From Tubiluchus corallicola (taxonomy: Eukaryota; Animalia; Priapulida): DNA of 64,000 bases. Position numbers and translations under genes: made by a program. Shown piece after piece: positions 55,201 to 64,000 of the stretch. Position 1 is the first letter of the stretch. Each line of letters begins with the position of its first letter. Under the pieces are notes generated by a model, which was given only the letters and a program-made list of their open reading frames with translations, ran no database searches and was not told the origin of the DNA. Location of the stretch: NCBI GenBank assembly GCA_030141605.1, contig JAQGDQ010000179.1, positions 248,001 through 312,000 of the forward strand, given 5' to 3'.

Positions 55201-56634
55201 TTTACAACTTAAAATGCTACGTTCATTACAAATATTTTATTTATTTTATTATAAACTTACTGTAAAACTTGTTTCTTTCGATTTTTTATCACTTTATGAC
55301 GTTATGAGTACAGTCATGAGCTCACCAAAAATCGGTAATCAAAGACGCGAAATGGCTAAGACACGAAATGTGGCGATCTTTACAGCAAAGCACGCATTCG
55401 AAATTCTTCAGAAAATAATTATTATAAGTCTCTTTTGTTTAACAATAACTATGAATTTTGTATGTATATCATAATAATATGTATCATAATAATATGTTAA
55501 AACAACTTCAATGTCTGTTGGGGTTATATAGGCTTTTAAGTAATTGTAGGTTAGCACCATCACCAGATATGGCATATTAATTTCACTTAGTAGTTAATGG
55601 TGCACTTGGCTGTTGCCTCTAAGCCTGTCCAGATGTTTGCTATAGACACAAGTTTACCAATATGTAGTGGCAAAGCACTTCACTAAGTAGTGAAGAAAAA
55701 ACTATTTTTTTCCAAATAATTCCATGGGTTTGCTATGGCCATAGTTCATAGTAGAAGTAGACTTTGAAACGATTGTCATTTTGTTTTAAACGGTACGCTT
55801 TTGCCCGGGTGAACTATTTCTACCTCGTTACATTTTATAATTTATAGTAATCAATAAATAACGATGAAACAAAAAGTTCTGGCAAGAAATGTGAAAAAGT
55901 TGGAACATTGCCTTGATCTGAACCAGGGACCTTTTACTTGCAAGCCACATGCCATGACCACTACACTACCATGTTCCTCGGCGATCGTTCATCTTCAAAG
56001 TTCATCCTTTAGAGCTGACCAACCAGTTCAGTACTTCCAATGTTAGATGGTTTAGATCACTCATGCTAGAAGGATTCTAGCCTATTAGATTAATTTACTA
56101 ATTTTAATTTCAAATTTAATGAATTTAGTATTAATATATAATTAATTAAGCTTGAGAGATCTAACATTGGAAATGCTAAACTGCTTGGTCAGCTGCAACT
56201 GATAAACTTTGGCCCTGTCATTGTAAGGACCCTGGTTCAAATCCAGGCTGTTTTCCAACTCTGTCTTCAAATTTGATTAACTGTGTGTTTCTAACGTCAT
56301 TAATAATAATCTTGCTTTAAAGACTACAAATAATTATTTGCCCGCAGAGTGTTTAAAAGTTTGTACTTCTCTGTTAATTCTGCTTTGCGCTTACACTGCT
56401 GTACTATTGCTTTTTTAACACAGTGAACAGATATATATTGAGATGCGCCGACTACGGAAACGGCAATGCATAGAACTAATAATTCTGATTCAACACTCAG
56501 CTGACTTGTGCAATGCAATACACTGGCTACCAACGAATTACTTTTGGTCCGGCTCATTAAAACCATGGCAAGTTGGTTTATTTGGTTCAGTTTCTTCGTT
56601 AATTGGCTTGTGCCGGATTATTCGAGGAATGTGA
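52263..56634 (+). CDS. PEX11G: Peroxisomal membrane protein 11C (PEX11 gamma), 230 aa; exons 52263-52484, 52793-52974, 54497-54574, 56424-56634
   Basis: Motifs SYQGRDKVIR, LSECRVVLRLFDDLPML, FFPLEHLAWAGD and ADLCNAIHWLP...WQVGLFGSVSSLIGL. All junctions are GT-AG with compatible phases (0, 2, 2). Exon 3 (RGIRIILLLNKKRHTMLKRSAAEQDQ) was found by reading and is absent from the ORF track. Confidence 0.88.
54722..55176. mobile_element. Tc1/mariner-superfamily (Tc2/pogo-like) MITE, 455 bp, in PEX11G intron 3
   Basis: Perfect 29-bp TIRs ccgtattttcccgtgtataagagaccctt, TA on both flanks (54720-54721, 55177-55178), and internal direct repeats of ggggtctcttataca. Confidence 0.9.
55898..56260. mobile_element. 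Inverted pair of tRNA-derived SINE-like heads
   Basis: 55898-55933 and 56225-56260 are reverse complements at 30 of 36 positions, and each includes a B-box-like ggttcaratc. A related B-box element lies near 43970. Confidence 0.5.
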
Positions 56635-58249
56635 GTCATTCTGAAAAGGCTTTACCTTTATAGAATTTAAATAAATTTTAGCTGTGATATCTAGTGCTAA
56701 AAGCCGTCATTTAGCTGAAGTTTTAGCCTCATCGTGTAACGATTTCTTAGTTAATTTTTCTTGAGTAGTGTTTGGTATTAATCATGATCTTTTATCACTT
56801 ATTATAAAGAACATAGTATTTTTGTACATCGCAACACTGTTGATTAATAAATTGAGACTTTTTTGCAGTTTTGCAAAATTTGTCAAACTATTCTGTGTTT
56901 ATTTTAAGTAGTTTTTGTGAAATGTTACTTTTGTTACAATGAAGGATTGTGACCAGTAAAACAGCAAACCATCAGTCAACGGGCAGGACTGGTAACTCAG
57001 TTCTATGGCTGATTTCACCTTTTTAGAACTAATACTTCCAAAATTCATGCGATTAAGACAAATGCCAACCAGAACTTAGACAGGGATGATCAAAACTACT
57101 GAGTTATTCAGTTTACAGATAGTATGCTCTCACAATTTGGAACCAAGGATATGTGGACCTTAAATACTTGGGCCTCAATCAGTTGAGCCCAAGAGAATTT
57201 GAGCTCTTCGATACTCGGCTCCCAGTCAGTTGGGCTTCAAACAATTTAGGTCCCACTGCCCCAGACACTCACTCATGAAGTTACTCACTAGAGAAGTGGG
57301 GTAGGAACTTAAACTTTAGAAACAAAAGTCTGGAGAGGCAGCAGGGAAGCATTTACTTATTCTTTTTTTCAATATGGCAGTGTTTTTGGGAAGATCGCAT
57401 TTCTGTGCAATTTTAACATTAAATTACTTTCACTTATGTTGGTAATCCCATAAATGATTATGAGCTGCTATCATAGTTACTAAATAAATTGTCTGTAAGC
57501 TGCATGTGGTGCCATAGCCAGGGACGTATCAACACTCTATGACGACCTAGGCTGATAGCTCTGTTGTGCCCATGTCTATATTGTGAATTCCATGTCTATA
57601 TTGTGAATTCCCTGTTCCTTATGTAATGAGCAGATTAAACAATTACTTGTGGTGTATTAGAAATACTATTAACCTGGTTTCTATGTTGTCATTATTAATT
57701 ACATGTATTTGCATAGCACTTATATTCAAGCAGGCTGCGCAACTGCTTGTTGCATAATCCTTGCACCTGTTCGTTATGTGGCATTTATATAAAAGCTGCG
57801 CTCAGTAACTGCCTGTGTTATAAAATGCACCCTTTACATGAATATGAAAGTACTCGTATACACATTTTCAGAGGAGAATAATAATTTTTTCTAAAATTTG
57901 ACGCATCTCAAACTTTGGCGCCCTAGGCTATAGCCTAGTTAGCCTGTTGTCTCCTTATTTGGCCATAGGTCTCCTTATTTGGTACCAAACAGCAAAAGGT
58001 TCTGAGAACATAACAATCTCAGAAAAAAATCTGAAAATTTACACAAATGCACTGGTTCCGGCGGCTTTATACCTTCAATTTCAGCCCCTAATTATAATGG
58101 GAGATAAAAAAAGTTACAGTTTAGTAAATTATTGAATGAACTAGAGCTTTCATAAGGTATTTTTTTGAGAAACACTTTTGAGTTTAAGATCAAATCTGTT
58201 TATGATCTCTGGAGCAGTGCTAATACTGATGGCACTGTACTTGATGAAC

Positions 58250-58350
58250 CATTGCCCTAATGTCTACTGCCCAAATGTCCACTGCCCAGTTGTTCATTGT
58301 CCAAGTGCCTGCAGCCCAAGAATCTGCGGCCCAATTGTCCATTGCCAAGT
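58250..58350. repeat. Degenerate 15-bp tandem repeat (attgcccaaatgtcc-like), probably a TE subterminal array
   Basis: 15-bp periodicity gives the spurious HCPNVYCPNVHCPVVHCP translation. Related arrays lie at about 57160-57260 and 58555-58620. Confidence 0.55.
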
Positions 58351-59722
58351 ATTTCCAGTTTGGCTAGGTGTCTTAGAATTGCCCGTTTTCTTCAAAGTCA
58401 AAAAACTTAAACCAGATTGAGTACCTTGCCTTGACTTTCAACCAATACACATTTAGTGGCTGTATGCATAATAGTGCAAGTATTATTGCCAAAAAATGAT
58501 GAAAGTTTAACTTCACCATAATTTTTACCAGAGATTGTTAAAAATTACAGTATTGGGGCTCAAATGCCCAGCCACTGGGCCCCAATTTCTGGTTGCCTAA
58601 TACCCGGAGCCCAAATGTCTGTGACCTGAGTGAATCAGAAAGGCTTTTTTTCCTGTATCTGGAACTTAGAATAATAATAGTTATAGTTTTGTATACATGC
58701 AGCCTAAAACAATTTACATGGATTTTGCCACTAATTAGGCATTTGCTAATAATTCTGCAATTTTTGCCCAAATTGCCCATTACAAATGGTGCTTGGCAGT
58801 GTACAGAACTTAGTTTGATGAAATGGGATTTATTCTCAATGTTTAAAATAAGGCCAAGCACTTCTGCATCACAGTCGCATTTAATAAAAAGCACACAGTC
58901 AAGTCAACACTTTCAACACTCACATGAAACTAATTAGCTAAAATAATCCAACGTTTCATTTAACTGTGATGTAGCAAACATTAAGAAACCAGACAGTTTG
59001 TGTAAAATAACCTAACTAACCTAATACTGGTAGATGTCTTAAGTGGTTTTGAAAATGAATTGACTAAAACAAACTTCACATTAGACCATAAATGTGTGAA
59101 GCTAGAAACTGTAAACCAAGTGTGGGCATCTGAGTATATTCAGCCCTACTTTAATAGCATAGTTCTTGGTTACAAAAAAGCCGTTTATTTATTATCGTTA
59201 TTTAAAGTGATTTCACCAAAATTGTTTCAGTATTATAATAACAACTCCCATAGTTCCATTCTAATAAGGCGGACTTCAACGTACTGTACTTTCGTCTAGT
59301 TACAGCTTACTCCCGTAGTCTCGTACGTACCGTGTTTGTTTTAAAACTTTAATTTTAATTTTTGTTCTATTATTATTAATATTAAAGAAATATTAGTTTT
59401 TCTTCTAATGACAAGGGTGATCAGGGTGGATCCAGGATTTTCTTAAAAAAAGGAGCCCTGGTCTGGTGCTGAAGTCCGTCACCGCGAACGCAATTCTAGT
59501 CAGGTGAAAAGTCTCAGGGACTGAAAAAACATTTCTAATTTGAGGGCTCCTAAATGGCGTATGTACAAAACAGATTATTTTTTGTGCCTATTAATAAGAG
59601 CATGAAAATATAAGAAAAAATGCAAGTTCAAAACTGTGGAACCTTAATTTTAAGCTAGCCAATGCCCTTCATAAAACTGTCCATATTTTTTATGAAACTT
59701 TATGAAGGCCATAATTTGCTCC

Positions 59723-59947
59723 CACTTCCGTTTCTTCTGACCCAGTGACACTGGTTTATTCTGTGATGTACAGTACTTTTATCAAGCGGCAAGTTGAAGC
59801 ATTGTTGTCACGTGACTACTAAGTTCTGCATGTGTCTACTTCGCTCTGACTTCGCAACGGTAGTCCCGTTGACTTCGAGGCCACCGCTGTCACACCATGA
59901 AGTAACATCGCAAAGCAGTTAGTGTTCACTCAGCCGGAAAATTCAAG
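59723..59947 (+). promoter_or_regulatory. Probable CPEB1 promoter and first (non-coding) exon
   Basis: CpG-rich patch with an ETS-like cacttccg (59723) and a palindromic E-box GTCACGTGAC (59807-59816). Donor AAG|gtattc at 59947/59948 precedes the acceptor at 60293. Confidence 0.45.
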
Positions 59948-60377
59948 GTATTCTTGCATGTACGTTGCTAATGTACCTTGTTATGATGACGCTAAGTTTT
60001 GCCTATAAAAGCTAAAATGGTTTCTTTTGCATTCATTTCTTTGCGTGGTTTAGGGTGCCACAGCTGTTTCCCGTGAATTTGTTTTAAAATGCCTATGGCT
60101 GGTGTAAGACGAATTTTGTGGTTGCGACTATTATAATTCAGTGTATTTTGAAAAATTTTGCACTATGAAATTGCAGAAAACTGTGCTTCTATTGTATTTC
60201 ATTTTCAAATTTGTTCTCTAATCTTAGTTTGTTAATTTTTTTCTATTTTTTAATTGAAGTTTTAATTTGTTTCATTTTTTATTGACATTCTAGCTCGGTG
60301 GTTTCTCCTGTGGAGATCCCGCCACTCCTGAAATTGTGCGTTCTGAAATTCGTAGCGTTGGTGGGTTACCTGGACAA

Positions 60378-63300
60378 ATGCCTCATTTACAACAGAATAA
60401 TTTAGCCCTAAGTTCCAGTCCCAACATGTGCAATAATAGCAGCGCCGTGAGCAACATGGAGATATTTAAGAAAATTAATGCCATGTTGGATCAGTCGTTA
60501 GATCTTGCGAATTTAAATGGAGAAACTATGAAGACATCTGGAGACCATGTCAACCAAGGTACGTTAAATGTCGTTATTCAGATTTATAAGCTTTTAACCA
60601 GAAGTGTTCTACATTGTTAAATTAGCTTAATTTTTTTATAAATTTATATTACAAAGTTTATATTTTCAAGCCCCGAAATTAAAATGTTTTTAATCGCAAG
60701 AATTAACAATTTTACAGAATTCGTCGATCTATTGAAAACTCTATTTATTGAGCTAACTTTTTAATCTATAAACTGCTAATCTTTAAAAATTAGCCCTAAG
60801 CGAAAACAGCTAATTGTACATGTTCTTATGTTCATGCTACACTTAAAAATAATATGGCAGTTGTCAGAGAGCACAGATGCGTCTTACTTCACTGATGTCT
60901 AAACCATTTCAAATTCAACGTAGTTCAGAAATACTACAATGACACTTCATGTCACAGTCACACCAATGTAAGCAATATGGTAAATTATAGTGTATAATAG
61001 TATAATATGTATTACTTAGTGACAATTAAAGGAAAGAAATGTCTTCACACCCTGTTGCTGGATCTGTAGCACTTGCATAATTTGAGTTTAAACCAGTTAT
61101 ACATTTAGAAACCAGTTGGTTTTGAGTTTTTTGTAGGGGGTAACTTTGGGGCAAGATGAGAGTCAAGGTCAAAGGTCATCTGAAAAGCATATTGAGAACA
61201 GGTGGCATACAGGTAAGGTGTAAACATCCTACTTACTTGCCTGCAGCTTGCAATTGGCACCTGCTGACAACCCAACAATAACAATAACATTTCTATTATC
61301 AAAAGGAAGAGGGTCCAGGATTCACAGGTGCAAAGTTCTATACAGACAGGTTTTGTCCTATTAAATGTGTGTGACAATGTTTGAGTATTGAGTTTGCGAC
61401 ATGAACATTATGCCCAACTTCAGAGAAAGGGAATATCCAAGACTCATACGATATATATCTATGTATCATCTGGTACAGAAAAAATGTGCCTGGGGTTTGG
61501 ACTACCACAATTTTAGAAGCAATGTGCCCTACAAAATTGAAATTGCACATTGTGGTATTACTTGTACATTCGCTTTTGGCTGTGAAAGTTCTATAGCTTT
61601 AGTGGTTTTTAAATTGTGGTTAAAAAGCTATTGCATGTTAAAAAATTAAATGCTGGAACAATCTCAGCTAATCACCATTCGGAAAGCAGCTTTGACATAT
61701 TAAACACTCATTACATGGCAGCAAAATGATAAAGAAATCAACCAGTTTACAATATACATCATAGTTGTCCCCGCTTAAAATAAAGCACAGATCCAGTACT
61801 GTAAAAATTTGTTAATAAATGACTTAATCCTCTGTACTATGGTATCTGGAATTTCCTTAAAGAGGAAGTGCGGATGACTGCATAGAGCCTATTGATACAG
61901 AGAAACTAAAAGCAATAACTGTTGATTGCTGGTACCAAATACCTGTTGAAGAAATGAGAAACTATCAGTTACTCGAAGAAATGCCTTCTTCAAGTTTCCA
62001 TTGAAAATGGTGGGCATTTAAAGCACTTGCTGTAAATTTATTAACAGTGAAGTTTTTTCTGGCCTTAGTTTTTTGACTTGTTGACTTAAACTTCTGTGCC
62101 TTTGGAGAAATCTAAGAGAAGTGTATTTAACATCGTTGCGGTCATTTTCAAAAGACTCTGTTATTTTCTTCTTGTAATACATCTCTTTGAACCACCTGAT
62201 ATATACTGATTTGCCACAGACAAGAAATTGGTGACCTACCACAACATCCCAGCATCTTGCATCTCCCTAAAAATATCTTCCAGGGACGGGAGGGAGGTAA
62301 GATCCAGAATTTAAACAATTGACAACTATTGTGTCATAGAAGCAGGTTTTGTCCTGCAATGTGTTGAGTGCTGATGGTGGGTGGCAACGTTTGGGCATGG
62401 CCCGCAATGACTCTGGGATCACCCAAGGTCATAAACATATAATTTGCAAGACAACAATTTGAAAACAAGTTAGCATTTGGACTTTTTCTAGTTCACTTCT
62501 GCATCAATTAGCTGCACCATTATAGTAGACCAAAAAGGGAACATTTACCATTTTACTTCTCAAGGTTACCGAAATTTCGCCCAGAGCATATTAACGACTT
62601 TCACTAGCTTTCACAATAACAAAACAGTTTTTTAAGTTGAGATAAAATAAAAATTCACTTTTCATGTTTATGTAGAATTCACCACATTTTATATAAAAAG
62701 CCTGGATAGTTTTGAAATACACTGCCTGCATAAGTCTGCACTTGAGTACTTTCAATAAAATTACTCTTAAGATCAATATCCAGGGCTTCACAGAGCGAAC
62801 ATCACATCAGAACTTTATTTCACTTTTAACAGTGTTGAGACACCTCTGTCAGTTCAGTGGCTCATCTTAGAGAGATAACCTTGAAGATGAGCCAGGTGCC
62901 AGTCTCACCACAATCACTTTGTTGACTAGGTTCTGATTTTGAGTCCTGGATTCAAGCTTCTGCAAAGTGTATAAAAAATGTTAATCGCCTACATGAAGAA
63001 AATTTTGTTATTGGTATGCAGTACAAAAAATATTTATATAGCTTTGTTAAGGGCGAATTCTTAAAAATTCTGTTAATTGATGATAAACCTTTCTTGCAGA
63101 AAATTTGGTGACATCGCTGCTACATCATGCTCAGTTGGGTTCCCAGCCTCAGTGTTCACCACCATACAGCTGCAGCCCGTATGCTGGTCTGTTTTCTCCT
63201 TCAAGCCAGTAAGTACACTTGAAAATTGAAACTGCATTTATAAAATGTAGGCCAATTTAAGTGAATTTTTATTTTTTTGCTACTTATAATCTTCTGTATT

Positions 63301-63891
63301 ATTATTAGGGGGAAGTCATTAAACTGCTTTAGACCTAATTTTTAAACTATAATTACATCTTGTGAGAAGTGAAATTGCTAATGTTTTATCTGAGGTTGTT
63401 TTCTTTTTGATACTAATTGTACCATACACTTTACTGTAACTAGAATAATGTTAGTAGATGTACTGTGTAAACTAATGCTATAGGCCTAATCTTGTTAGAC
63501 GTAAATTTGTAGTAAATACGGGTAGTCATCGACTTATGACGGTTCAACTTTACGACCCAACCGCAGTTTGATTATAATTAATTTATTATTGCTATCTGCT
63601 TCGATAAATTCTTCCATAGGTGCAGCTTTACTTGGTGCATGTACACACTGAACTGTAACTGGATCTCATTTTTTACTTTCATATTACAGCAGCGACTATG
63701 GAAGTGGATCTGGTAACGTGTCCATGGATTCCCTGTATAACCGAGCGATCCTTCCATTCTCTCCGCAGCAGCAAGATCCACGTTATAACTCTTCTCCAGA
63801 ATCCGATACGAGCGCACTGAGTGGTTGCTCCAGATACAGTTCACCTGCAAAGACTAGCAGCACAATTGAAAACTCAATTTCTGAATTGCTG
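60378..63891 (+). CDS. CPEB1: Cytoplasmic polyadenylation element-binding protein 1, 5' partial; exons 60378-60558, 63100-63208, 63690-63891, continuing beyond the window
   Basis: SNMEIFKKINAMLDQSLDL matches the CPEB1 N-terminal motif SNANIFRRINAILDNSLDF. SSPESDTSALSG...ISELL matches the PEST segment SPSDSDTSGFSS...LSDLI. GT-AG junctions are in compatible phases (1, 2, 0). The RRMs lie outside the window. Confidence 0.82.
62837..62882 (-). repeat. Dispersed ~46-bp repeat, copy 2 (see 5085-5130)
   Basis: Reverse-complement match to 5085-5130, including the core agatgagccactgaac. Confidence 0.7.
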
Positions 63892-64000
63892 GTATGGCTA
63901 TCGTTTTGCTAAACTTATGAACAGGAATGTTACTGAAATTAAATTACGAACTGAAATTAAAACTGAAATTTATGAAACACAGAAAACCGATACCGAACCG

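Noticed and set aside
55905-55975. Functional tRNA genes here and near 2861, 43920 and 56190
   Set aside because: A/B-box-like motifs are present, but the acceptor and anticodon stems do not pair. Treated as SINE-derived.
58178-58420. Small secreted Cys-rich peptide (HCPNV repeats)
   Set aside because: TTG start, and the periodicity comes from a 15-bp repeat family that also occurs nearby in non-coding form.

Overview
AT-rich animal (non-insect invertebrate-like) nuclear DNA with spliceosomal introns, microsatellites and many decayed transposons. The species cannot be fixed from the sequence. In order: (1) a 3-exon, 191-aa secreted Gly-rich protein that the ORF track misses, with successive Tyr-, Trp- and Arg/Phe-rich blocks (5444-8744); (2) three paralogous intronless class A orphan GPCRs, all with Gln in place of the DRY arginine (11.7-17.3 kb); (3) a decayed SGNH-esterase ORF1-like retroelement (19.7-21.7 kb); (4) full-length TRRAP (3907 aa) in one uninterrupted 11.7-kb ORF; (5) a 2-exon GT10 alpha-1,3-fucosyltransferase, convergent with (6) an intronless CEP63/DEUP1-family gene; (7) a decayed CR1-type LINE; (8) a 4-exon PEX11G; (9) the 5' exons of CPEB1, which runs off the window end. 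MITEs with Harbinger-, piggyBac- and Tc1/mariner-type ends and tRNA-derived SINE heads are interspersed. The best leads are the Y/W/R-Gly block protein, the complete loss of coding introns in TRRAP and CEP63 beside intron-containing neighbours, and the DQY/YQY GPCR clade. All family calls come from recognising motifs by eye; no database search was run.
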